Assembly (NCBI GenBank): GCA_963817525.1 | Contig: CAWFOU010000007.1 | Coordinates: 480,001 to 544,000 of the forward strand | Origin: an uncultured archaeon | GTDB lineage: Archaea; Thermoproteota; Nitrososphaeria; Nitrososphaerales; Gagatemarchaeaceae | Direction: 5' to 3' | DNA: 64,000 nt | Shown here: piece by piece, positions 27,945 to 36,787 of the stretch | Layout of the letters: each line of letters opens with the position of its first letter | Position numbering within the stretch: position 1 is the stretch's first letter | The notes under the pieces: generated by a model | The model's input: only the letters and a program-made list of their open reading frames with translations | Database searches by the model: none | What the model was told of the DNA's origin: nothing | Made by a program: the position numbers and the translations under genes

Positions 27945-28631
27945 CTACTGGGCTTCCTTGTAGACCCTGCGGCCGACCCCGAATATCCAGATGGAGGAGG
28001 CGGCGATGAAGAGGGCGGTGACGAGGTCGTAGCCCGCGAGGAAAGGCAGGTACCTCACGATGTTGAGTGCCCCCACGAAGAAGCCCAGGTACGGGAGCCA
28101 CTTCTCGAACGCGCTCCTCATCATCGCGACGGAGACGAATATGACGCCCATGCCGATGAACGAGGACCCGATGAGCGGGTTGTTGCCTGCGACCACGGCC
28201 TCGGCGGCGATCGCCAGGGCCTGCTGTGAGACAGCGTTGGTCGACGCGGAGAACGCGGCGCTGAGGGTGAGGAGGGCGGGGTCGGTGCTCGAGACGAGCG
28301 TCACCGTGAAGCCGACGACGAGCAGCCCGGCCCCGATGAGCGCGAAGCTCCTCTCTGCAGCCCTGGTGGCCACGTAGATGCCCAGAGCGCCGACGACGGA
28401 CAGCGAGTTGCCTATGGTGAAGAGGACGTAGGAGACGACGTAGAACGACCTGTACTCGGCGATGTACTGGAGGTAGCTCTCGGTCGTCAGGCCTGGCTGG
28501 GGAAGGACGAACACGGCCATGAACGCCCAGACGAAGAGGACGGCTGCCACCACGAGCGACGCGCCCGCAATCCTGTAGAGGTTCTTGAGAGACCCGCCAG
28601 GGCCCCAGGCGAGTTCCTGCGTCTGCTCCAT
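27945..28631 (-). CDS. DUF4386-like membrane protein
   Basis: About six TM segments; family assignment tentative. Confidence 0.6.
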   Translation of the reverse strand: MEQTQELAWGPGGSLKNLYRIAGASLVVAAVLFVWAFMAVFVLPQPGLTTESYLQYIAEYRSFYVVSYVLFTIGNSLSVVGALGIYVATRAAERSFALIGAGLLVVGFTVTLVSSTDPALLTLSAAFSASTNAVSQQALAIAAEAVVAGNNPLIGSSFIGMGVIFVSVAMMRSAFEKWLPYLGFFVGALNIVRYLPFLAGYDLVTALFIAASSIWIFGVGRRVYKEAQ

Positions 28632-28681
28632 GTTTTCTCGGGAGGGCTTTCGATATTTAAGGGGGGACGGGCTGTCTGCGG

Positions 28682-29605
28682 TCAGGCGTAGCCCTTCGCC
28701 CCGAAGAAGCGCCTCGCCTCTCCGGCCTCCGCCTCCTGGAAGCCACGCACGTCGCCTCTCATCATGGAGTCCATGTGCTCGAGCATCAGCCTCCTCGACA
28801 CGGTCCTGTAGAACTCCTTGCAGACCGAAATCGCCCTTACGACCTCCGCGTCGCCGACGTAGACTCCCCGCTCCTCGACCTGGTACCCCTCCGCCTCAAG
28901 CGCCCGGACGAAGGAGGAGAAGCGGCTCTTCGGGTCGCGGATGGCCGCGACCTTGGCCTCCGAGATGGTGATGGTCTCGGGCCTTGAGGCCCTGATGAAC
29001 TCCAGCACCCGGGACATGGACTGCAGGACACCCGGGGCCGGGTTCATTATACGGGTATAGACCTCCTTCTGCATCTCCTGCATGTAGTCGACGTCCACGT
29101 CGAGCAGCCACGAGCCCGCCCTCTTCATCCTGCGGGCAAGGGCTTGGAGGGGCCTCGGGGGGCTTTGGTACACCTCAATCCCCATGGTCTCGGCAAGGAA
29201 CTCGACCGCGGAGGCTATCGACTCCTGCTGGTCGGAGACCCGGAGCGACCGTGGGAGCTTGGACTCGACGTCCATGGCGTGCCTCGCGAGCATCGCCTCC
29301 GGGACGACGAGGACGAGGTCAGGGGCCTTCTTGCTTGACTCGCCCTCCCTGAGGGACGGGAGGCCGCCCGTGATGTTTCGAAGCGCCGAGTGGGCGCCCG
29401 TGCGGGCCGCGATGATCCGCAACTCCTCCGGGTAGATGCTGTCGTCTCCTCCAAGGGAGACGTCGAGGTGCGAGTCCATGCTGACGATGGCGTCGAGCCG
29501 CAGGCCCAGCTCGGATACGGTCGCGGGGACCTGCGAGTGGATGCTGTGGATTATCGCGTGCAAGTTCGGTTGCAGAACTGGGCCTTCTCGCGGCGTCCGA
29601 TTCAT
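28682..29605 (-). CDS. arginase/deacetylase-fold protein (UPF0489-like)
   Basis: SMDSHLD and WLLDVDVDY metal-binding motifs; ITISE. Confidence 0.6.
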   Translation of the reverse strand: MNRTPREGPVLQPNLHAIIHSIHSQVPATVSELGLRLDAIVSMDSHLDVSLGGDDSIYPEELRIIAARTGAHSALRNITGGLPSLREGESSKKAPDLVLVVPEAMLARHAMDVESKLPRSLRVSDQQESIASAVEFLAETMGIEVYQSPPRPLQALARRMKRAGSWLLDVDVDYMQEMQKEVYTRIMNPAPGVLQSMSRVLEFIRASRPETITISEAKVAAIRDPKSRFSSFVRALEAEGYQVEERGVYVGDAEVVRAISVCKEFYRTVSRRLMLEHMDSMMRGDVRGFQEAEAGEARRFFGAKGYA

Positions 29606-29643
29606 TAAGATTCTCGGCGGGACGAGCCCGCGAGCGGGATCTT

Positions 29644-29910
29644 CTAGACTGGTATGGACGCGATGACCTTGCCGTTGGTGTCGTCCGTGATGTTGATCTG
29701 CTGGGGGTGCCTCGCGAAGACGACGCGCCTCATGCTCACGATGAAGTCGGAGCCTTCCTTGCCGTCCAGCTTCAGCTTGCTGCCCGCCGCGACCATGTCC
29801 CTGAACTCCCCCGTGCGCTTGGGGATCCCGACGGTCTTGATGTATCTTACCACAGCGTCGCTGCCGTAGAACTTCGCCCGCGCGTCCTGGCCTTGCTTCT
29901 CGTCACTCAT
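29644..29910 (-). CDS. hypothetical small protein
   Basis: 88-aa ORF, host codon bias, upstream TTTTATA on the minus strand. Confidence 0.55.
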   Translation of the reverse strand: MSDEKQGQDARAKFYGSDAVVRYIKTVGIPKRTGEFRDMVAAGSKLKLDGKEGSDFIVSMRRVVFARHPQQINITDDTNGKVIASIPV

Positions 29911-30034
29911 GAAATATTCACATGTTCATGCCCTGGGGCGGTATAAAAGGTGGACAAGGCGGGTGTTCTTGCTCGGTCTTTGGCCTCCAAATCAGGCCTA
30001 CCATAGTCTTAATAGGCCCCGACGGACATCCACA

Positions 30035-30263
30035 ATGAAGGTCTTATCACGTAGTAAACAACGGTTATCTCTGGAAGACTGACGAGCACCTGAACCACGT
30101 CGCGAAGGTCAGGTACATGCACGGCGACGAGCTGACCGACCTCCCCGGAGTGACTGGGATTGGGATAGGCAAGGACCACATAATCGTCTATGTGTCGACC
30201 AGCGAGGTCGAGGTCCCCGCCATGGTAGAGGACGTCCAGGTAATCAAAGTCCAGCGACGCTGA
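30035..30263 (+). pseudogene. small protein with an apparent +1 frameshift just after the start
   Basis: ATG AAG GTC, then shifted frame YHVVNNGYLW...DLPGVTGIGIGKDHIIVYV...PAMVEDVQV; TATA-like CTTAATA upstream. Confidence 0.4.
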
Positions 30264-30288
30264 CCGAAATCTCCGCCGGAAGACGATT

Positions 30289-30516
30289 TTACCCGAGCAG
30301 GTAGTCTGCAAGGCCGTCGGGGTCTATGATGCCGACCTCCCTCAGGGCCTCCTGCAGGTTGTCGAGGCGTATGGAAATCTCCTTGGTCAGCGTCTTGCCC
30401 GAGGCGTCCTTGTATGTTAGGAGTGACTTTTCCCTGTCGCTCGTCGACTCCTCAATTGAGACGTAAGTGAGGCCCTTGGCCTTGAAAGCCTCCTTTACCT
30501 CATTCATGAGAGACAT
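30289..30516 (-). CDS. hypothetical small protein
   Basis: 75-aa ORF. Confidence 0.5.
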   Translation of the reverse strand: MSLMNEVKEAFKAKGLTYVSIEESTSDREKSLLTYKDASGKTLTKEISIRLDNLQEALREVGIIDPDGLADYLLG

Positions 30517-30597
30517 GCCCGCATGCTCGCCTGGTGGAGCCCATGCCGAATCGCCCCTATTAATGCTCGCGCCGCGCCCCGGCGAGAGCCGGCGCCC

Positions 30598-31008
30598 CTA
30601 CCTTCCCGACCTGCGCTTTTCGGACGCTATCGAGGCCACGGTGATCCACAGAGAGAACGGGTCCTCGACTCCATGGTCCTTGTCCTTCTCCTCCACGATG
30701 AGCGCCTTCAGCTCCTTCGAGGCGCCCTTGCACACCTTGCACCCGCCGCGGGCGCTCCCCTTTACCATGTGCTCCGCGATGTAGTGGTGGACCGTCGAGG
30801 TGGGCCGGGAGAGCATCTTGGCGAGGTCGGTGAAGCTCATGCGCCGCAGCTCGCCGGAGATGCCTTCGTGCATCATGACCGCGAAGTAGTGCTCGTCCTC
30901 GGGGGTCTTCACCGTCTTGTTGACGATCTCCCGCAGGACCTGCCTGGCAATCAGCGCGCCCGCGGCGCTGTTTATGGCCTCAGGCGGCATCATTATCTTT
31001 ATTCCCAA
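30598..31008 (-). CDS. hypothetical protein with HTH-like segment and CxxC
   Basis: SFTDLAKMLSRPTSTVHHYI, CKVC. Confidence 0.5.
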   Translation of the reverse strand: MGIKIMMPPEAINSAAGALIARQVLREIVNKTVKTPEDEHYFAVMMHEGISGELRRMSFTDLAKMLSRPTSTVHHYIAEHMVKGSARGGCKVCKGASKELKALIVEEKDKDHGVEDPFSLWITVASIASEKRRSGR

Positions 31009-31144
31009 AGGTTCTCTGGCCTGAGAGCCGGTCCGCCATAGTTCTCCTTTTGCGATGTTCCGGAGAGCCGAAGGTCGGTTTCTTCTGGAATCGGGAGGGC
31101 CGGCGTGGACACTATAAATATAGCCGGAGTCGCAATATTTCGTC

Positions 31145-31936
31145 TTGTTCTCGACGAAACCGAGGTATTTTCCAAGGAACGTCGGCGTCTCCGCACCCCC
31201 GGGCGAGAACGTCCACGAGTTCTTGGTGGTCTGGACTCATGAACTCGGCGCCCTGGAGAAGATCCTTCAGGTCTTTTCGATGCACAAGGTCAAGGTCATC
31301 GTGACGAACTCCCAGCCGGACGAGGCCACGGGCACGGTCATCGGCACGTACTACTGTGAAATGGCGAAGGGCGGCCAGACCGTCGAGGCCGTGCGGATGG
31401 CGATCAAGGCGCTGAGCTTCGTGAGGAGCGTGGACTCCGCCAGCTCCGAGCAGTCTCTCTTCGACAAGTTCTTCTTCCCGGTCACCGTGTGGGGGCGAGA
31501 GAGGGTCATCATAATGAGGCTGGACCCTCTGGTGAACATCGAGAAGAGCTTGGCGCAGGAGCTCGGTTCGGCGGGAAGCGCGATCATGTTCAGGGAGGGC
31601 GAGAGCTACGCGACCGAGACGATCGGCCAGTACAGGAGGGTCCTGGGGGACGTGTCGACCGAGACGCTCCTCGAGAACGTGAAGGACGGTCTGCGCGCGA
31701 CGGGCTGGGGGCTCTTCGAGTTCAAAGAATCGAACGACGGCTACGACGTGACCGTCCGCGACGCCCCTAGGTTCGGGGGCACGACCGAGCCGAGCAGGTT
31801 CCTTTGCGGGATAATCGCCGGGATATTGGAATCGGTCTTCTCGGTCAGGATGAAGATCGTCGGGTCCACGTTCGACCCCAAGAGCGCAAGCGTGTTCGTG
31901 AGACTAACGAGGATCACGAGCGGCCCACTGGCGTAG
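31145..31936 (+). CDS. ACT + V4R domain protein
   Basis: ELGALEKILQVF (ACT); GLRATGWG, FLCGIIAGILE (V4R). Confidence 0.75.
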   Translation: MFSTKPRYFPRNVGVSAPPGENVHEFLVVWTHELGALEKILQVFSMHKVKVIVTNSQPDEATGTVIGTYYCEMAKGGQTVEAVRMAIKALSFVRSVDSASSEQSLFDKFFFPVTVWGRERVIIMRLDPLVNIEKSLAQELGSAGSAIMFREGESYATETIGQYRRVLGDVSTETLLENVKDGLRATGWGLFEFKESNDGYDVTVRDAPRFGGTTEPSRFLCGIIAGILESVFSVRMKIVGSTFDPKSASVFVRLTRITSGPLA

Positions 31937-31937
31937 G

Positions 31938-32246
31938 TCACAGAGGGCGCGCGTAATCCTTGGTCGAGATGTCGTAGGTCTTGCCGTAGGTCCTCGTCTC
32001 CCCCTTCGCGAGGATGGTGACGGTGATCCTTCCCTCCAGGAGGCTGATGAGCTCGTAGACCGCGCCGCACTTTGGGCACGGGAACTTCTTGCCCACCTCC
32101 TTCTCGAAGGCGTTGAGAGCTATCTTGGTCGTGAAGTTGTTGGAGCACTCCGCGCACACCAGCCTGGCCTCCTGCCCTGACCCTGCAGCCTTCGCGGGCT
32201 TTGCCTTTTTCGCGGTCGGCTTTTTCTTCTGTTTCTTGCTTGGCAA
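31938..32246 (-). CDS. small zinc-finger protein with a Lys-rich N-terminus
   Basis: CAEC...CPKCG; start inferred at TTG 32246. Confidence 0.6.
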   Translation of the reverse strand: MPSKKQKKKPTAKKAKPAKAAGSGQEARLVCAECSNNFTTKIALNAFEKEVGKKFPCPKCGAVYELISLLEGRITVTILAKGETRTYGKTYDISTKDYARPL

Positions 32247-32376
32247 CTGGGACGCTCGGGGTGGACTCTGGTGAGGCGTATTTATTTGATGCTGCGCGCA
32301 ATCCTTCTCCGCGCACGGCTCGAAGTATTTGTTGTTCACCCCGGCTAAATAGCGTCGAGCGGTCAGATGGCTCGCA

Positions 32377-32865
32377 TTGAACGTCAGGTACGGCCAGGTC
32401 GAGCACGAGAGGCTCGGCGAGACCCTCAGGGCGGATGTAGAGAGAGGACGCGGAGGCAGGATCGCGCGTTATTTTGCGGAGAACGGGATACTATACCTGC
32501 ATGAGGCAGCGGCGCCGAGGGATCGGCCGGTCTTCAAGCGAGATTTCGCGAAGCCGGACTTCTATCTCCCCGACTTCGGCGTCTACGTGGAGTACTGGGG
32601 TATGGCGCACGTAGACCCGGAGTACGCGAGGGAGATGAGGCGGAGGATGGCCGTCTACAACACGCACAACATCAGGTTCATCAGCATCTTTCCGGAGGAC
32701 CTTGGAAGGCTCGGCCTGGTCTTCCGCGCGAGGTTCAGGGAAGTGGCGGGGTTCGAGCTGCCCCACCCAGTCTCTAGGTCAGCCGTCCTCCTGTGCAGCC
32801 GTTGCGGGACCGCACCGCCGCCCGACGTCAACTACTGCGAAAAGTGCCAGCGGCACTTGGCCTGA
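32377..32865 (+). CDS. PD-(D/E)xK-like nuclease domain + zinc ribbon
   Basis: KPDFYLPDFGVYVEYWG; CSRCG...YCEKC. Confidence 0.7.
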   Translation: MNVRYGQVEHERLGETLRADVERGRGGRIARYFAENGILYLHEAAAPRDRPVFKRDFAKPDFYLPDFGVYVEYWGMAHVDPEYAREMRRRMAVYNTHNIRFISIFPEDLGRLGLVFRARFREVAGFELPHPVSRSAVLLCSRCGTAPPPDVNYCEKCQRHLA

Positions 32866-32971
32866 AGGGACTGCGTCCGGTTCGGCGTCCGGTGCCTTGG
32901 GCGACTCTGGCATACCTACTTAGTAGCGCTTTACTACTACCTTTATTAGGCCCGGTGCCGTTCTGGGCTTT

Positions 32972-34042
32972 ATGACAGACATCTCGGGTTTGGTAAAGGG
33001 CCTGCACCACATTAGTCTGGTCACCACCGACCAGGAGCTCAACAGGCGGTTCTACACGGAGGTCCTCGGGCTGAGGCGGGTGAAGCTCACCGTCAACCAG
33101 GACGACCCCTTCCACCGGCATCTCTTCTACGCGGACGAGAAGGGGACGACGGGCACTGCGATAACCTTCTTCGAGTGGCCCGAGCTCCCGAGGGGCTATG
33201 TGGGCCTGGGCTCGCCGCACCACCTCTCCTACTCGGTCAGGGGCGTCGACTCGCTTCCAAGATGGGCTAGCTGGCTTAGGACCAACGGCGTGGGCGTCGC
33301 TGGGCCTCTCCAAAGGGACGATCGGCTGTCGCTCTATCTGAAGGACCCGGATGGAGTGCTCGTCGAGATCACCGCTAAGAACCCCGAGGGAGTCTCCTTG
33401 GACTACCTCCGCCAGCTCGAAGGCGACGAGGTCAAGGAGGTCACGGCCGACATGAGGCTGGTCAAGTTCGACCACGCGTCGCCGCTCTCGAGCGACTCCA
33501 ACGTCACGCACAAGTTCCTGAAAAACATCGTGGGCCTGGAGAGCTTCTCCCAAAGGCCCAACCCCGACCAGGAGGGCGCGTCGCTCGCCGAGGCGGGGAG
33601 CGCCGACAAGCCCGGCTTCATGAAGTACCTGACCTCGCCCGGGGCGAGGACGGGCATGGTCGGGAAGGGGAACATCCACCACATCGCGCTGGCGGTGGAG
33701 GAGGACGAGGACCAGCTCAGGATAAAGCGGAGGCTCGACGACGCGGGCATCAGGAACTCCGGGGTGATAGACAGGTTCTGGTTCAAGTCGCTCTACTTCA
33801 GGGACCCGGACTACAACCTCCTGGAGATCGCCACCAAGAAGCCCGGCTACGGGGTCGACGAGGCCCCGGAGAAGCTCGGAACGTCGCTGGTGCTCCCAAA
33901 GTGGCTGGAGGGCTCGCGCGGCGCGATAGAGGCCGCGTTGAAGGAGGCGGACAGCAAGGGCTCGCGGAAGTGGCCCCCGAAGTACGAGCCGGTCCCCTCG
34001 CCGCCAGAGAGCCTGCACGTGAGGCGCGAGCAGATTGCGTGA
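32972..34042 (+). CDS. ring-cleaving dioxygenase, VOC/glyoxalase family (MhqA/MhqO-like)
   Basis: GLHHISL, VKLTVNQDDP..HLFY, ITFFEWP, IHHIAL, DRFWFKSLYFRDP..LLEIAT. Confidence 0.9.
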   Translation: MTDISGLVKGLHHISLVTTDQELNRRFYTEVLGLRRVKLTVNQDDPFHRHLFYADEKGTTGTAITFFEWPELPRGYVGLGSPHHLSYSVRGVDSLPRWASWLRTNGVGVAGPLQRDDRLSLYLKDPDGVLVEITAKNPEGVSLDYLRQLEGDEVKEVTADMRLVKFDHASPLSSDSNVTHKFLKNIVGLESFSQRPNPDQEGASLAEAGSADKPGFMKYLTSPGARTGMVGKGNIHHIALAVEEDEDQLRIKRRLDDAGIRNSGVIDRFWFKSLYFRDPDYNLLEIATKKPGYGVDEAPEKLGTSLVLPKWLEGSRGAIEAALKEADSKGSRKWPPKYEPVPSPPESLHVRREQIA

Positions 34043-34667
34043 CCTCGGCTTCGTCCACAAGTTCGTCCCTCCCTCGGGCGGGTCGCAGCTCACCCTACTG
34101 CTCCTACACGGCACTGGGGGCAACGAGGGCGACCTCATCCAGCTCGGGCACGAGCTCTCACCGGGCGCGGCTCTGCTGAGCCCGCGGGGCAAGGTCCTCG
34201 AGAACGGGATGCCACGCTTCTTCCGCAGGCTGGGCGAGGGAATCTTCGACATCAACGACCTCAACGACCAGACGCACAATCTGGCGGTCTTCGTGAGGGA
34301 GGCCTCCGAGGCCTACGGCTTTCACCTGGGCAAGGTGGTCGCGGTGGGATACTCAAACGGCGCGAACATCGCGGGTAGCGCGCTCATACTTCATCCAGAG
34401 ACGCTGGCCGGCGCTGTCCTCTTCCGCCCCATGGTCCCCTTCGTTCCAGACACCATGCCTCGCCTCTCGCGCAAACCCATTCTCATCATGGCGGGCTCAC
34501 GGGACAGCATCGTCCCGAAGGACGAGACGGAGCGCCTCGCGGGCCTGCTCGAGCGGGCCGATGGCGACGTCACCCTCCTCTGGGCCGACGCGACGCATGG
34601 GATTACAGGAGGCGAAATCTCTGCGGCGAGAGAGTGGCTGGCTTCCAAATTCCTCAACGCAGCCTAG
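34035..34667 (+). CDS. alpha/beta hydrolase (MhqD-like carboxylesterase)
   Basis: LLLHGTGGNE, LSPRGKVLENGMPRFFRR, GYSNGANIA; overlaps the dioxygenase stop. Confidence 0.9.
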   Translation: MRDLGFVHKFVPPSGGSQLTLLLLHGTGGNEGDLIQLGHELSPGAALLSPRGKVLENGMPRFFRRLGEGIFDINDLNDQTHNLAVFVREASEAYGFHLGKVVAVGYSNGANIAGSALILHPETLAGAVLFRPMVPFVPDTMPRLSRKPILIMAGSRDSIVPKDETERLAGLLERADGDVTLLWADATHGITGGEISAAREWLASKFLNAA

Positions 34668-36589
34668 TCGAGCGGGAGGCCGACCGACCTCAGGAGGTCC
34701 CGGTATCTCTTGGTCTTCTTCACGGGCCCCCAGAGAGGGTCCCCCCTCAGCCAGGAGACGAACGCCTCCTTCTTCGAGAAGGCGTACTCGAGCCAGTCCA
34801 ACGAAGCCTCGATGTCCCCGAGCGCGACGAAGACCAGCGCAATCAGCTCCCCCTTGACCCGTTGCCCCTCGGGGACTTTTTTGAGCTTCTCGACGAGCTC
34901 CAAAGCTTCCGCCCTCTTTCCGCTCATCGCGTAGATGTAGGCGAGGTCTGCATCGAGGTAAGGGTCGGCGGGGTCACGTTCGATCATCCTCCGCAAGGCG
35001 AGCAGGGCCCCCTCCCAGTCCTTGTGGTGGAACGCTAGGACCATGAGCGCCTCATCCACGCTGGGAGCGTCGAGCTGCCTGAGCTTGCGTATCCTCTTCT
35101 CCGCCTCGTCGAGCCTGCCGCTGTGGATCATCCTATAGAAGACGCTCAGCGTCACCCTTGGGGAAAGTGGGTCGAGCTCCTCGGCGATGAGCGCCTGCCG
35201 GACGGACTCCTGCTGGCGCCCGAAGCTCTCCAAGCTAATGGAATACCAGATGCGTCCCGTCGCGTAGCTGGGGTTGGTCTCCACCGCCTTTCGCAGCTGC
35301 GTCTCCGCTTCGACGAACCTGTATTGGAAGAAGAGCAAGGTGCCGAGGGAGACCCTTGCCTCGGCCTGGTCGGGGTCGAGCGAGAGCGCCTTGGTGAGGT
35401 ACTTTTGCGCCTGCTTGAGTGCCGTGGGGACCGGCGAGAAGAGGTAGTCCCCGAGCATGATCATCGCGTCGGCCATTCCCACGTAGGCCTTTGCGTAATT
35501 CCCGTCGGCCCTGATCGCCGCCTCGAACTGCGCCTTCGCGAGCGGGATCGACTGGTCCGACCCCTCCGTGAGGAGGCTCCTCCCTTTGAGGTACGCGATG
35601 TGGGCAGGTACGCTCTCTGTCTCTTTGATCTGCCTCCTCTCCGCTCCGCGGGCGGCCAGCCTTGACTTCAGCGCCTCAGCGACCCGGGCGGCCATGTCCC
35701 TCTGGATAGAGAAGACGTTGTCAAGGTCCTTCTCGTACCTTTCTGACCAGACCTCCTCCTGAGACCCGGTGTCGACCAGGCGGGCGGTCACCCTCACCCG
35801 GTTTCCCGCCTTCCGTACTGAGCCTTCGAGCAAGTGCGAGACACTCAGCTCCGCGCCGATCTGCCCCGCGCCCTTCGAGGTACCTCTGTAGCGCTCGACC
35901 GAGGTCCTCGCGATAACCATTACCCCGCCGACCCCCGAGAGCTCCGAGATCAGCTCCTCGGTCAGGCCGTCCGCGAAGTAGGCATCGCGCTGGTCGGGGC
36001 TGATGTTCGCAAAGGGAAGGACTGCGATCCGGCCGGTCTGCTTTGGCGCCGGCACCTCGGACGGTGCGCGCCTGCCGGCGAGGAGGTAGAGCTCGACCTG
36101 CGACTCGATTCCTCTGAGCCTGCGCGTGGGGAGCCTCTCCGCCTCCACGTCGACCTTGTTGCGCACCTGGTCGTACACGGGCCCTGAGACGCAGACCTCG
36201 CCGCCCTGGGCCTCTTCGACTATCCTGGAGGCGATGTTTACCGCGTCTCCGAAGAGATCCCCGCCCCGGCTGATGACGTCTCCTACATGGATCCCGATCC
36301 TTACCGAGACGCCCTCCCCCGAGCGCCCTTCGTTGGCGGACCCCATGAGCTCCCTCTGGGCTTCTAACGCGAAGCGGACCGCCTCCAGCGCGCTGGGGAA
36401 CTCCAGTAGGAACGCGTCCCCGATGGTCTTGACCTCGCGCCCGCCGTGGCGCCCCATCGCCCCCCTGACGATGGAGTTGTGCGAGTCGAGGAGCCTCATC
36501 GCGAGGGCCTCGTTCTGCTCCGAGAACGCGGAGTACCCCACGATGTCCGTGAAGACTATGGCGGCGAGGCGCCTAACCTCCTTCGGCAT
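34664..36589 (-). CDS. class III adenylate/guanylate cyclase + TolB-like + TPR protein
   Basis: IVFTDIVGYS, VKTIGDAF, RIGIHVGDV, DLFGDAVNIASRI; IAVLPFANIS...YFADGLTEELI; TPR repeats. Confidence 0.9.
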   Translation of the reverse strand: MPKEVRRLAAIVFTDIVGYSAFSEQNEALAMRLLDSHNSIVRGAMGRHGGREVKTIGDAFLLEFPSALEAVRFALEAQRELMGSANEGRSGEGVSVRIGIHVGDVISRGGDLFGDAVNIASRIVEEAQGGEVCVSGPVYDQVRNKVDVEAERLPTRRLRGIESQVELYLLAGRRAPSEVPAPKQTGRIAVLPFANISPDQRDAYFADGLTEELISELSGVGGVMVIARTSVERYRGTSKGAGQIGAELSVSHLLEGSVRKAGNRVRVTARLVDTGSQEEVWSERYEKDLDNVFSIQRDMAARVAEALKSRLAARGAERRQIKETESVPAHIAYLKGRSLLTEGSDQSIPLAKAQFEAAIRADGNYAKAYVGMADAMIMLGDYLFSPVPTALKQAQKYLTKALSLDPDQAEARVSLGTLLFFQYRFVEAETQLRKAVETNPSYATGRIWYSISLESFGRQQESVRQALIAEELDPLSPRVTLSVFYRMIHSGRLDEAEKRIRKLRQLDAPSVDEALMVLAFHHKDWEGALLALRRMIERDPADPYLDADLAYIYAMSGKRAEALELVEKLKKVPEGQRVKGELIALVFVALGDIEASLDWLEYAFSKKEAFVSWLRGDPLWGPVKKTKRYRDLLRSVGLPLD

Positions 36590-36787
36590 TTGGTCCAGGC
36601 GAACGGTGCGCGAGAATAAAGATTTTGTTGACGAAGCCGGACCGATTACTCGGTGTAGATTAGCATGGGCTGGTGTGTTGGGGCACCTTCCAGATGGGTT
36701 CCCGCCTCGGTCACATCGGCAAAATCGGCCAGACGCATCCTCGCGAGCTTAAATCCGCACGACCCCCGACCGAGCTCCTCCTACCAA

